DNA from: Verrucomicrobiia bacterium
GTDB taxonomy: Bacteria; Verrucomicrobiota; Verrucomicrobiia; Limisphaerales; Palsa-1400
DNA: 64,000 bases
Reading direction: 5' to 3'
NCBI GenBank assembly: GCA_036272955.1
Contig: DATAXU010000026.1
Span: forward strand, 1,419-65,418
The translations under genes were made by a program, and so were the position numbers. Below are positions 24,947 through 34,550 of the stretch, piece after piece. Every line of letters starts with the position of its first letter. The stretch's first letter is position 1. The notes beneath the pieces are model-generated. The model made no database searches. It had not been told where the DNA came from and was given only the letters and a program-made list of their open reading frames with translations.

Positions 24947-25815
24947 GGCTGCTGCGTCTGGTGGTATAAAAGATTGACCGACCACCAGCACTCCTGGTTG
25001 TCGCAGCGAATATCGTTCGCGCTGAGCAACTGCGCATGACCGTCGGCGAACGCGTAGTTGGCCCTGCCATCGTGCCGCTGGCAGCCGTATTGGTCCTCCT
25101 GCAAACGGTTGAACCCCGCGCCATCCTCCGATCCACTTCCGGTGGTGTCGGAATTCTTGATCCACCAACTGTCGTCCGCCCAGGTCGCCGGGCTGCCGCA
25201 GCCGCCGTCCCCGTACCAAATCAGTTTTGAGGCCGTGGTAATTTCCGTGGAACGGTGCAAGCCTTCGTAATAATCCGGCGTGGGACGTCCAAACGGCATG
25301 CTGGCCACCTGCGCCGATGGGTTAGGATTACCGTCCACATGAATCCAGTGGGCGCCTGCCACCCCAATGCCGCTTTGGTTCCACTTCTCATACGGGCCGG
25401 CGGCGCCATAGATGTCGCTCCAGTCGGTGCTGGGATCGAGCGCAAACCCGCCGTAAGAGGCGTCATAGGCGGAAATGCCGTTGGCATAGACCGCATTGTG
25501 CTCGGCCGGGCAATCATAGATGCCCGGCACGTGCGCGACATAATTCCAAAGAATGACGCGATAGGTTGTTTCCACGGTGGAATTCGGCACCGCAGTTTGG
25601 AGGGGGTTCAGCCAGTCGCCATTGTCCAGCGAATAAGTCATGGAGGCGACCGCCAACTCGCGCTGGTTGGATTTGCAGGATGCCGACTGTCCCTCATTTT
25701 TGGCTTGCGACAACGCCGGCAACAAAAGCGAAGCCAGGATCGAGATGATCGCGATAACGACCATCAGTTCGATCAATGTAAACGCCCGGCCACTTCGCCT
25801 GGAATTTGCGGCCAT
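24943..25815 (-). CDS. DUF1559 / H-X9-DG protein with prepilin-type N-terminal cleavage-methylation domain
   Basis: [31 protein letters not shown] is a type IV pilin-like leader and helix. The C-terminal [13 protein letters not shown] carries the H-X9-DG motif. Confidence 0.9.
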   Translation of the reverse strand: MAANSRRSGRAFTLIELMVVIAIISILASLLLPALSQAKNEGQSASCKSNQRELAVASMTYSLDNGDWLNPLQTAVPNSTVETTYRVILWNYVAHVPGIYDCPAEHNAVYANGISAYDASYGGFALDPSTDWSDIYGAAGPYEKWNQSGIGVAGAHWIHVDGNPNPSAQVASMPFGRPTPDYYEGLHRSTEITTASKLIWYGDGGCGSPATWADDSWWIKNSDTTGSGSEDGAGFNRLQEDQYGCQRHDGRANYAFADGHAQLLSANDIRCDNQECWWSVNLLYHQTQQP

Positions 25816-25860
25816 GGTTGGATGATGACAACCGCCGTCATCCAGTCAAGCGCCTTTCAG

Positions 25861-26892
25861 TCAAAATCCATTGACCACATCGATGAGCTGTCGCAACCGC
25901 CCGTACTGGCGGCGGTCAAACCCAAAGGCGATGCGCGGCAGGTCCAAAAATTCGTTTTGTTCCTTTTCTTCCGGCGTCGGTTCGATGATGCGGAATTTTT
26001 CCCCGATGATGATATCTTCGAAATCGTCATTGAGTGATTCGATGGCGGAAGGGGAGGGCGGATGTTTGAGGCGAATGACCAGCAAATCCTTTACCGTGCG
26101 GGTGGAATGATAGTTGCGATAAAATCGCGTGATGATGCGCACGGCATGGGCGGCGTTGTCCGCGATTTGATAAAGCCCCAAATCGTCCGGGGAAATGAGT
26201 TGGGCGCGCAGAAGGTGTTCGCGGATATTTTTGTCCCACGTTTTCCAATAAACGCCGCCGGGCCGGTCCAATAGCACCAGTGGCACCAGCCGGCCCTTGC
26301 CGGTTTGCATCAGCGTCAGCGCCTCGTAACCCTCGTCCAGCGTGCCAAATCCCCCCGGAAAAAGCACAATCGCGTCCGAATGGCGGATGAACGTCAGCTT
26401 GCGCGTGAAAAAATACTTGAAGGAAATGAGCTTCTTGTCCTTATCAATAATCGGGTTTGCCGATTGCTCCCACGGCAATTGGATATTGGCGCCAAAACTC
26501 ATTTCCGGACCCGCCCCCTCGTGCCCGGCCTGCATGATGCCCGGGCCTGCGCCGGTGATCACCATGTATCCTTCCTGCGCGATCTTCCGCGCGAATTCCA
26601 CCGCCTCCAGGTATTCCTGGCGCGTCGGCAGTGTGCGCGCCGAGCCGAAAATCGTCACCTTCGGCTTGTCATTCCACGGCGCGAAAAGGCGAAAGGCGTA
26701 ACGCAATTCGCGCACCGCCGTGCGGATGACGCGGGCATCGCCGCGGTCCTTGACGTCGGTGAGCAGCTTGAGGGCATTGAGCATGACGTCCTCAACCAGA
26801 TCGGCGTTGTAACCACCTCCCTTGTCCGCGATTAATTCCTGGATGCGGCGCCGGAAGTCGGCGTCCACTTGGTTTTTGTCCAGCTTTTCCAC
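25861..26892 (-). CDS. LOG-family (TIGR00730-type) nucleotide phosphoribohydrolase-like protein, long form
   Basis: GAGPGIMQAGHEGA and PGGFGTLDEGYEALTLMQTGK are the LOG signature motifs. The protein is 343 aa with N- and C-terminal extensions. The start codon is GTG. Confidence 0.8.
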   Translation of the reverse strand: MEKLDKNQVDADFRRRIQELIADKGGGYNADLVEDVMLNALKLLTDVKDRGDARVIRTAVRELRYAFRLFAPWNDKPKVTIFGSARTLPTRQEYLEAVEFARKIAQEGYMVITGAGPGIMQAGHEGAGPEMSFGANIQLPWEQSANPIIDKDKKLISFKYFFTRKLTFIRHSDAIVLFPGGFGTLDEGYEALTLMQTGKGRLVPLVLLDRPGGVYWKTWDKNIREHLLRAQLISPDDLGLYQIADNAAHAVRIITRFYRNYHSTRTVKDLLVIRLKHPPSPSAIESLNDDFEDIIIGEKFRIIEPTPEEKEQNEFLDLPRIAFGFDRRQYGRLRQLIDVVNGF

Positions 26893-26970
26893 TCCTAAAA
26901 ACTATGCCGTTGCGCCCGCTATGCAACAACCTTAAACTTTTCACCGGCCCGGCTGATTCCGCCAGGCCCA

Positions 26971-29793
26971 ATGATGACAGATTACAAAAACACCTTGAAC
27001 CTGCCGCAAACCGGTTTTGCGATGAAGGCCGACCTCATCACCCGCGAACCCCAGCGGCTTGAGAAGTGGGAAAGCCAGCGCCTCTACTGGAAAATCCAGA
27101 CTCAGCGCGCCGGCGCCAAACGGTTCGTCCTCCATGACGGACCGCCCTTTGCGAATGGCGATGTCCACATCGGCACCGCCCTGAACAAAATTCTCAAAGA
27201 CATCATCATCCGCTATCGCAGTGCCCGCGGGGAGGACGCCCCTTACATTCCCGGCTGGGATTGTCACGGCCTTCCCATTGAATTCAAGGTCACCCAGGAA
27301 ATGAGAAAAGCCGGCCAGACCTTCGCCGAGCCCGTTGCCATCCGTTCCGCCTGCGAAGCCTCGGCGCGCAAGTTCATCGACCTCCAACGCACTCAATTCA
27401 AGCGCCTGGGCGTCCTGGGCGATTGGGAAAACCCATATTTAACGCTGGACCGCAAGTACGAGGCGGACGAATTGCTGCTTTTTGCTGATATTATCGACAA
27501 AGGCCTGGTTTACCGCGGCAAAAAGCCCGTGTACTGGAGCATCCCCGCGCGCAGCGCCCTGGCCGAAGCGGAGGTCGAATACCACGACCACACCAGCCAG
27601 AGCATTTTCGTCAAGTTCCCCGTGGTCAGCCAACCCGGCACATTCATCGTTATTTGGACCACGACGCCCTGGACGCTCCCGGCCAACCTCGCTGTCGCAT
27701 ATAATTCAAAATTCACGTATTCGCTCGCCCGCGTCGGCGCCGAGCAATACTGGATTCTCTCCTCGCTCCTCCCCGCCGTGGCGGAGAAGTGCCATTGGGC
27801 GAATTACGAAACCGCGCGCACTGCCCCCGGCACCGAGTTGGCGTCGCTTCGTTACGATCATCCCTTTTGCCGCCGGCAGGGATCGCTCTTGGCCGGTGAC
27901 GCATTTGTCGAAAGTTCCACTGGCACCGGTTTTGTGCATATCGCGCCCGGGCACGGCTTGGACGACTACAACCTCGGACGCCAGAATGGCCTCCCGATTT
28001 ATTCGCCGGTCGATGACGACGGGTGTTTCGCGTGGACCAATGACCTCCCCGAAGACCAGCAAATGCCCCGCGAATTCATCGGCAAATCCATCCTGGAACA
28101 CCACGGCAAAAGCGACGCCAACGTCGTCGTCCTCCACGAATTGCGCGCGCGTAACGCTTTGTTGCACGAGGAAAATTACCACCACAGCTACCCCTTCTGC
28201 TGGCGCAGCAAGACGCCCATCATCTTTCGCGCGATGGACCAATGGTTCATCGGCATGGAGCAACCCCTCAACGCACGTACTTTCCGCCAGGCCGCCTTGG
28301 AGGAGATCGACCGCGTCGCCTGGGTCCCCGAATGGGGAGTCCAGCGCATCAAGGGCGCGGTTTCGACGCGCCCAGACTGGTGCATTTCCCGCCAGCGTTC
28401 CTGGGGTGTGCCGCTCCCGGCGTTTTATGGCGCCAACGGCGAATCCATTCTCGATCCTCAAATCGTCCGCAATGTCGCCGCCCTCATCGAACAGCATGGG
28501 TCCAATATCTGGTTCGAAAAATCGGCCGCCGAATTGTGGTCCTCTGTCAAACCTGCAAATTGGGCCGGCCCCGACGCCGTCACCAAATCCTCCGACACCC
28601 TCGATGTCTGGATCGATTCCGGCTCCTCCTCCCGCGCGGTCTTGATGCGTCGCCCGGAATTGGCGCGCCAGGCCGATGTTTACATTGAAGGCAGCGACCA
28701 GCATCGCGGCTGGTTTCAATCCTCCCTTTTGCTGTCGTTGGCGGGCAACGGCGCCGCGCCTTTTCGCACGGTGCTCACCCACGGCTTCATGGTCGATGCC
28801 GACCGCGAAAAAATTTCCAAGAGCAAGCAAGGGCAGGGGGGGTACGAAAAGCCCCAGACCGCCGCCGCGTACGTCTCCAAATATGGCGCGGATGTCGTTC
28901 GGCTCTGGGTTGCCTCGCAGGATTACCGAAACGATATTGTTGTCAGCGACGAGCGCATCAGCAAGGTCGCGGAAACCTATCGCCATCTTCGCAACACGTT
29001 GCGCTACCAGCTTTCCAACCTCTACGATTTTGACCCGGCCAAACACGCCGTCAAAGACGATAAACTGGCCGCAATCGACCGCTGGATCCTGGCGCAATTC
29101 TCAACATTGGAAGCCGACGTCGCTGCGGCCTACGATCGCTACGAGTTCCACATTGTTTACCAAAAAACCAGCCAGTTCGCCACTGTCGAGCTCTCCGCCA
29201 TTTACCACGATCTCGTCAAAGATCGTCTTTACACTTACGCCGCCGATTCCCCCCGTCGCCGCTCAGCGCAGACCGCTCTTTACCGGATCGTCCGAGGCCT
29301 GTGCGGAATGCTCTCCCCGATTCTGGCCTTCACGGCGGATGAAGCATGGGAATTTGTTCCGGGCGCCGAAACCCCTTCGGTGCATCTCGGCGTCTGGCAG
29401 GCGGTCTCCCTGGAGTTGACAGGCCAGGAATCGGCGAAGTGGGCTAGGCTGTTCGAGATCCGCGAGGCCGCTTTGCTCCAATTGGAGAAGGAACGCCAGG
29501 CAAAGAATATCGGCAAAGCCTTGGATGCCAAAGTGATCGTCACTGCCCCGGCTAAAGTTTTCGGCATTTCCGCCGATGATGATAAGGAAGTGTTACGAGA
29601 GCTTTTAAACGTGTCCCAGGTGATCCTTAGAGACGACCCGGATGCCGCGGCGGCGACCATCGAAGTGGCAAAGGCGGATGGCCAGAAATGCGAGCGCTGC
29701 TGGCATTGGGAGTCGGATATTGGCGCCGATGTGCGGTACCCGGGCATTTGTGGGCGGTGCGCCGCTGCTGTGGACGTAGCGTCAAGTAGATAA
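26971..29793 (+). CDS. ileS: Isoleucine--tRNA ligase
   Basis: 940 aa. HIGH region PFANGDVHIGTALNK, KMSKS region KISKSK, the CP1 editing-domain length, and a C-terminal Zn finger (CERCWHW...CGRC). Confidence 0.97.
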   Translation: MMTDYKNTLNLPQTGFAMKADLITREPQRLEKWESQRLYWKIQTQRAGAKRFVLHDGPPFANGDVHIGTALNKILKDIIIRYRSARGEDAPYIPGWDCHGLPIEFKVTQEMRKAGQTFAEPVAIRSACEASARKFIDLQRTQFKRLGVLGDWENPYLTLDRKYEADELLLFADIIDKGLVYRGKKPVYWSIPARSALAEAEVEYHDHTSQSIFVKFPVVSQPGTFIVIWTTTPWTLPANLAVAYNSKFTYSLARVGAEQYWILSSLLPAVAEKCHWANYETARTAPGTELASLRYDHPFCRRQGSLLAGDAFVESSTGTGFVHIAPGHGLDDYNLGRQNGLPIYSPVDDDGCFAWTNDLPEDQQMPREFIGKSILEHHGKSDANVVVLHELRARNALLHEENYHHSYPFCWRSKTPIIFRAMDQWFIGMEQPLNARTFRQAALEEIDRVAWVPEWGVQRIKGAVSTRPDWCISRQRSWGVPLPAFYGANGESILDPQIVRNVAALIEQHGSNIWFEKSAAELWSSVKPANWAGPDAVTKSSDTLDVWIDSGSSSRAVLMRRPELARQADVYIEGSDQHRGWFQSSLLLSLAGNGAAPFRTVLTHGFMVDADREKISKSKQGQGGYEKPQTAAAYVSKYGADVVRLWVASQDYRNDIVVSDERISKVAETYRHLRNTLRYQLSNLYDFDPAKHAVKDDKLAAIDRWILAQFSTLEADVAAAYDRYEFHIVYQKTSQFATVELSAIYHDLVKDRLYTYAADSPRRRSAQTALYRIVRGLCGMLSPILAFTADEAWEFVPGAETPSVHLGVWQAVSLELTGQESAKWARLFEIREAALLQLEKERQAKNIGKALDAKVIVTAPAKVFGISADDDKEVLRELLNVSQVILRDDPDAAAATIEVAKADGQKCERCWHWESDIGADVRYPGICGRCAAAVDVASSR

Positions 29794-29804
29794 TCAAGTA
29801 GTTA

Positions 29805-32594
29805 ATGAAGCGTCCGCATTTTAGCACGCCTGTTTGCGCGTTGTTGCTCGCTGCTGCCTATCTGATTGGCGGCATGCTGGGCAACGCTTCCTCGTTTATG
29901 CGGGGCGAGATCTCCCTGGTCTGGCCCCCGGCCGGAATCGCCCTGGCCGCCGTCCTGATTTTTGGCTATCGCATCTGGTGGGGCGTCGCCGTCGGCGCCT
30001 GGGTTTTCACCTTCATGCGCGGCTCACCCTTCGGTTTCTTCACAATTGCCACCGCGATCGGCAACACCGTCGGCGCTCTTCTTTGCGCCTATCTTTTGGA
30101 GCGGTTCGTCCAGTTCGAAAACGCCATGGAGCGCCTCAAACACGCGACGGGCTTTATCGTTTTTGCCTGTGTGCTCGGCACCACCGTCAACGCGCTCTTC
30201 AATGTTCTCGGCCTTTGTTACAGCGGAAAACTGCCGTGGGACGACCTTTTTTCCAACGCCGTGATCTGGTGGGTCCCCAACGCCATGGGCGTTCTGGTGG
30301 TGACTCCCATCATACTTGCCTGGTTATCGCCCAGCACTTTGCCGCCGAGGCGCCGAAGCATCGTGGAAGCCGCCTGTTGCGCCATCGGTTTGGTCGTCGG
30401 AACAGACCTTTCGTTCAACTCTTGGTTTATCAACGGCGTTGATAATTATCCGCTCGCCTATCTGCCTTATCCATTCTTGGTTTGGGCTGCCCTGCGATTC
30501 GGCCAGCGCGGCGCCACCACCGGCACCATGGTCGTCGCCGGTTGGTCGATCTACGAATTGCTTCACCGCCGCGGTCCATTTTGGGCGGGCAATGATCAAA
30601 CCAGCTTGATGCTCATTGGCTGTTACATCGGCGTCGTTGCCGTCAGCAATCTTCTTCTGGCCGCCACCGCTGTCGAACGTGAAATCGCCCTCCGCGACAC
30701 GGCCCAGAGCGAGAAACGCTACCGGGCCGTCGTCGAAGACCAGACGGATTTGATCTGCCGTTTTCTTCCGGATGGCAGGCTGCTGTTCGTCAACCAGGCG
30801 TACTGCCGTTTTCACGGCAAGCCCCGCGAGCAATTGATCGGCTCCAATTTCTTCCCCACTTTGAGCGAGCAGGACCGCGAAATTCCCCTGCGCCAATTCT
30901 CCCGCCTCACGCCCGAAGACCCAATTCAAGCTTACGACAACAAACTCCAGATCGGCGGCGGAAAACTCGTCTGGCAGCAATGCACCGTCCGCGCGTTGTT
31001 CGAGGAGGACGGACGCCTCGCGGAATTCCAGGCGGTGATCCAGGACATCACGCGCCGCAAGGAATCCGAGGAAGCCCTGCGGCTGGGCGAGGAGCGTTTT
31101 CGCGGGATTCTCTATAGCGTCGTCGATGGCGTTATTGTGCTTGATTCAGCCGGCGCCATCACCCTGTTCAACCCCGCCGCCGAGCGCGTTTTTGGATGTT
31201 CCGCCGCACAGGTCGTTAACCGCTCCTTCCGCGAATTGCTCCTGTCCGACCATTGGGAGACTTACGACAATTACCTTGCCCGGCACCTCGGCGAGACTCC
31301 GCCAAGGGTGATCGAGGTCGGCGCCGTTGGCCCGGATGGCAACGCGCTGCCCATCGACCTTGCCGTCAGCCAGGTCGTCCGCGGTGGCGTGCCGATGCTC
31401 ATCGTCGTCGTCCGCGACATTTCCAAGCGCAAATCGTTGGAGGAACAATACCGTCAAGCACAAAAAATGGAGGCGATAGGAAGACTCGCCGGTGGCATCG
31501 CGCATGATTTCAACAACCTGATGCAGGCCATTCTCGGTTACATCAATCTCCTCGACCGCCGCCTGGAGCCGGGTGATCCCAATCACGAAATGGTGAATCA
31601 AATCCAAAAATCGCTCGCGCACGCCAGCTCGTTGACCCGCCAATTGCTGGCGTTCAGCCGCAAACAAGTCCTCAAGGCCAAACCGCTGGCGCTCAATAAA
31701 GCCGTCGGGGAAATGCACGATTTGTTGCAGCGCGTCCTCGGCGAAACCATTCGTTTGGAAATTCAATTGGCCGAACCCGTCCCGTGGATTCGCGCGGACC
31801 CCGGGCAGATGGAGCAGGTGATTCTCAACCTCGCCATCAACGCGCGCGACGCCATGACTCAGGGCGGCACCCTCCGCATCGAAACCGATAATGTCACTTT
31901 CACGGAGGCGAAAGCTTTCCCGTCCGGCCAACTGCACCCCGGCCCGTATGCGTTGCTCCGGATTTCCGATACCGGTTGCGGCATGAACCAGGAAGTGCTC
32001 GCGCACCTGTTCGAGCCGTTTTTTACCACAAAAGAGAGCGGGAAGGGCACCGGGTTGGGATTGTCCAACGTCTATGGCGTTGTCAAGCAAAGCGGCGGGG
32101 ATATTGCCGTCACAACAGTCGTCGGCTCCGGCACGACTTTTCATATTTATCTGCCACGTTTCGATGCCGGCGAAGACGACGAGGAATCCACTCACATCAA
32201 ACCTGCCCGTGGCGGCGGCAATGAAACCGTCCTGCTGGTCGAGGACGAGGAACTGGTTCGCATGATGCTGGTGGAAGTTTTGAAAACCGCCGGTTACTCT
32301 GTGCTCGATGCCCGCCACGGCGAGGACGCCCTTTCTTTGGCCGCGCGATTCGGCGACCCCATTGACCTGCTCGTCACAGACATGACGATGCCCGGTTTCA
32401 GCGGGTCGGAACTGGCCCGCCGCCTCGGCGAACAACGCCCGACCATGCGTGTGCTCTTTATTTCCGGTTACACCGACCAGGAAGCCTCGCAATGGGGCAA
32501 GCTCGATCAACCCATTCACTTCCTTCAAAAACCCTTCCACCCCGACGCATTTTTAAGTAAAACTCGCCAGATCCTGGACCATGCCGAGACATGA
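29805..32594 (+). CDS. Hybrid sensor histidine kinase: MASE1 membrane sensor + 2 PAS + HisKA/HATPase + receiver
   Basis: N-terminal polytopic MASE1-like region (SLVWPPAGIALAAVLIFGYRIWWGV), two PAS segments, H-box GGIAHDFNNLMQAI, ATPase boxes NLAINARDAM / DTGCGM / GKGTGLGLSNVYG, and a receiver with LLVTDMTMPG. It starts 11 nt after ileS. Confidence 0.9.
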   Translation: MKRPHFSTPVCALLLAAAYLIGGMLGNASSFMRGEISLVWPPAGIALAAVLIFGYRIWWGVAVGAWVFTFMRGSPFGFFTIATAIGNTVGALLCAYLLERFVQFENAMERLKHATGFIVFACVLGTTVNALFNVLGLCYSGKLPWDDLFSNAVIWWVPNAMGVLVVTPIILAWLSPSTLPPRRRSIVEAACCAIGLVVGTDLSFNSWFINGVDNYPLAYLPYPFLVWAALRFGQRGATTGTMVVAGWSIYELLHRRGPFWAGNDQTSLMLIGCYIGVVAVSNLLLAATAVEREIALRDTAQSEKRYRAVVEDQTDLICRFLPDGRLLFVNQAYCRFHGKPREQLIGSNFFPTLSEQDREIPLRQFSRLTPEDPIQAYDNKLQIGGGKLVWQQCTVRALFEEDGRLAEFQAVIQDITRRKESEEALRLGEERFRGILYSVVDGVIVLDSAGAITLFNPAAERVFGCSAAQVVNRSFRELLLSDHWETYDNYLARHLGETPPRVIEVGAVGPDGNALPIDLAVSQVVRGGVPMLIVVVRDISKRKSLEEQYRQAQKMEAIGRLAGGIAHDFNNLMQAILGYINLLDRRLEPGDPNHEMVNQIQKSLAHASSLTRQLLAFSRKQVLKAKPLALNKAVGEMHDLLQRVLGETIRLEIQLAEPVPWIRADPGQMEQVILNLAINARDAMTQGGTLRIETDNVTFTEAKAFPSGQLHPGPYALLRISDTGCGMNQEVLAHLFEPFFTTKESGKGTGLGLSNVYGVVKQSGGDIAVTTVVGSGTTFHIYLPRFDAGEDDEESTHIKPARGGGNETVLLVEDEELVRMMLVEVLKTAGYSVLDARHGEDALSLAARFGDPIDLLVTDMTMPGFSGSELARRLGEQRPTMRVLFISGYTDQEASQWGKLDQPIHFLQKPFHPDAFLSKTRQILDHAET

Positions 32595-33643
32595 TGCGTG
32601 AACGGGCAAAGGAATTTGTCCTGCAGTGGATCCGCGGGCGCCAAGGCTCCGCAGCGGAATTGGTGCGCGCCATCCAGGAAGAGATCGGCTGGCCCGCGCG
32701 CCTCGTTTTGCCTTCCATTCTCGACGAATTGCGCGGCAGCCGCGAATTACCCGATGCCGGCAGAAAATATCTCCGCTACACATTGTCCGGCGGTGAAATG
32801 ACCCAGGCGCTGGCCGAGGGCGCCACGCCTGACCAGGAGCATCAATCCTCGCTCGACCAACTTTTTGGCCGCAGCCGCCGTTTTCGCCGGTCGCGCAAGT
32901 TTGCCGAGGCGGTCGAGTTCGTGGCCAAATTTCCCGAATATTCGCCCTTCAACAATATGCTCGCCTATTTGCAAAATCCGATGGCGACTTATTTTGCCAC
33001 CGCCCGCCATTGGCACAAAGCCTTTGGCCGCTCGGTCAAGGAAGACGCCCGCGGCATGGTCCTTTTGGCGCCGCGCACGCCCGTCTTGCTCGTCTATGAT
33101 ATTGGGGACACCGAAGGCCCGCCGCTGCCGGACAAGATGCGCGTTTTTTCCGAAACTCCGGGGCGCTTCAACCCGGCCATCCTCGACCGCACCATCAAGA
33201 ACGCCCAACGCGACCGCATTCGTATTGAACGCAAACCGATGGGCCAATTGCGCGGCGGATTCGCCACCACGCGCATGAATGATTCCGCCTCCAAAATGCG
33301 CATTGGATTGCGCGAAGACCTCGACGCCCCCGCCGCCTACTCCGTCCTGTGCCATGAATTGGCGCACATCTATCTCGGCCACGTCGGGGCCGATCTGGAC
33401 GGCTGGTGGCCCTATCGCGTCAGCTTGACGGAAGCCGTCGCCGAGATCGAAGCGGAATCTGTCGCCTATATTATTTGCCGCCGCGCCAACCTCGAAACCC
33501 GCTCTGTGGAATATCTTTCCAGCTACGTCGAAGACAATTCGGACATCGACGCCATTAGTCTTGACTTGGTCAGCCGCGTCGCCGGCCGCATTGAAGACAT
33601 GGGCCGCCGCCTGATGCCGCCTCGGGAATCCGTTGCGAAATAG
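32591..33643 (+). CDS. ArdC-like protein: ssDNA-binding ArdC-N-type domain fused to HExxH metallopeptidase domain
   Basis: YSPFNNMLAYLQNPMATYFATARHWHKAFGRSVKEDARGMVLLAP...VYDIGDTEGPPLP matches the YSxxNxxLxxxQxPxAT...W..lGRxVkkGekGi.ilAP...vfDvsqTeG pattern of ArdC-N/DUF1738 domains. The C-terminal CHELAHIYLGH ... AEIEAESVAYIICRR looks like an ArdC/ImmA-type zinc protease. The ATG overlaps the kinase stop (ATGA at 32591-32594). Confidence 0.6.
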   Translation: MMRERAKEFVLQWIRGRQGSAAELVRAIQEEIGWPARLVLPSILDELRGSRELPDAGRKYLRYTLSGGEMTQALAEGATPDQEHQSSLDQLFGRSRRFRRSRKFAEAVEFVAKFPEYSPFNNMLAYLQNPMATYFATARHWHKAFGRSVKEDARGMVLLAPRTPVLLVYDIGDTEGPPLPDKMRVFSETPGRFNPAILDRTIKNAQRDRIRIERKPMGQLRGGFATTRMNDSASKMRIGLREDLDAPAAYSVLCHELAHIYLGHVGADLDGWWPYRVSLTEAVAEIEAESVAYIICRRANLETRSVEYLSSYVEDNSDIDAISLDLVSRVAGRIEDMGRRLMPPRESVAK

Positions 33644-33864
33644 CGGCCCGTGCGATACTGTCTTGACAATGAGACAAACGAGAGCGAAAGCCGATCGGTC
33701 CTGGCGCAAGTCGCGCATTGCCGCGCGTCTTTTGCTTCGCCGGGAGTCCCGTTCTTTGTGTCCCCGCGATCAGGAATTGGCGCGGGGCCTGGCCCACGAT
33801 CCCGAGGTGACCAATCGCCTGATTCAGCAGGCGCTCTATTATTTGGGCATCGGCCCCCGCAAAC

Positions 33865-34536
33865 ATGCCTTCGACCAAAAACTGGTGGGCCGGCGAAATT
33901 GACTGGGCTACTCCGGCTGGCCGCGTCCTCGAGAAATTTCTCGCCTCGTTGCCGCCGGACCGTGATTTCCGTGTTACCGTCTATGGGTCCGCGCCATTGC
34001 AATTAAGCGTCGATCCTCAATTGATGAGCGCCGATGTCGATGTTTTCTCCGACGACGACGAGGACTTGTCCGCATTCATTACCGCCGCGAAGCTCGATAA
34101 ACTGCACGGCAGCGTCTATGTCGAACCTGGTTTTGAACTCAGTTTCCCAACCAGCCCGAAATGGCGGCAGCGCGCCCGGACTGTTCAGCGCGGCAACGTC
34201 ACCCTGACCATTCCTCATCCTCTGGACATTTTGATCGCAAAACTCCACCGCCTTGACGCCAAGGACCTCAAGGCCTTTGAGCGCGTCATCGAACTTACCG
34301 GTCACCCCACCGCGGAAGAGTTCAAGTTGGAATTGGAAAACGCTGTCGATTTGTTTCGCCCGGCGTTTGACGACGACTCCCCGAATCGTTTCCCGGAAAA
34401 CACGCGTCGATTATGGCGCGAGATTTTCCATGCCGATATTCAAGTTCGCCGTGACATCATCGAACCCGCGATCTCACGGCGAAACCGGGGGTTCGGCGAA
34501 ACCCCGCCCGATTACAAAACCCATCTCGATCGCTAA
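33865..34536 (+). CDS. Minimal nucleotidyltransferase-fold protein (Pol-beta superfamily, MNT/DUF-type)
   Basis: 223 aa. VTVYGSAPLQLSVDPQLMSADVDVFSDDD fits the G[SG]...D.D NTase signature. The following helical region (HPLDILIAKLHRLDAKDLKAFERVI) resembles stand-alone NTases of toxin-antitoxin/defence neighbourhoods. Confidence 0.5.
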   Translation: MPSTKNWWAGEIDWATPAGRVLEKFLASLPPDRDFRVTVYGSAPLQLSVDPQLMSADVDVFSDDDEDLSAFITAAKLDKLHGSVYVEPGFELSFPTSPKWRQRARTVQRGNVTLTIPHPLDILIAKLHRLDAKDLKAFERVIELTGHPTAEEFKLELENAVDLFRPAFDDDSPNRFPENTRRLWREIFHADIQVRRDIIEPAISRRNRGFGETPPDYKTHLDR

Positions 34537-34550
34537 GCTGAAAAACCGGC

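Noticed and set aside
27706-29097. 463-aa minus-strand ORF inside ileS, and similar ORFs 31146-32540 (-), 53024-54370 (-) and 60241-61917 (+)
   Set aside because: These are in-register antisense shadows of ileS, the two hybrid kinases and nifS respectively. No motifs are present, and the sense genes are unambiguous.
29792-29798. A fifth AATCAAG heptamer in the ileS-kinase junction, possibly linked to the 35938-35977 array
   Set aside because: A single 7-mer is expected several times by chance in 64 kb on two strands, and this one is neither phased nor repeated.
33633-33902. Small ORF (TTG 33633 / ATG 33669) between the ArdC-like and NTase genes, as a firm CDS call
   Set aside because: It has no recognisable motif and no SD, and it overlaps the NTase start by 38 nt. 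A GC-rich background makes 77-89-codon ORFs common. It is kept only as a hypothesis inside the corresponding finding.
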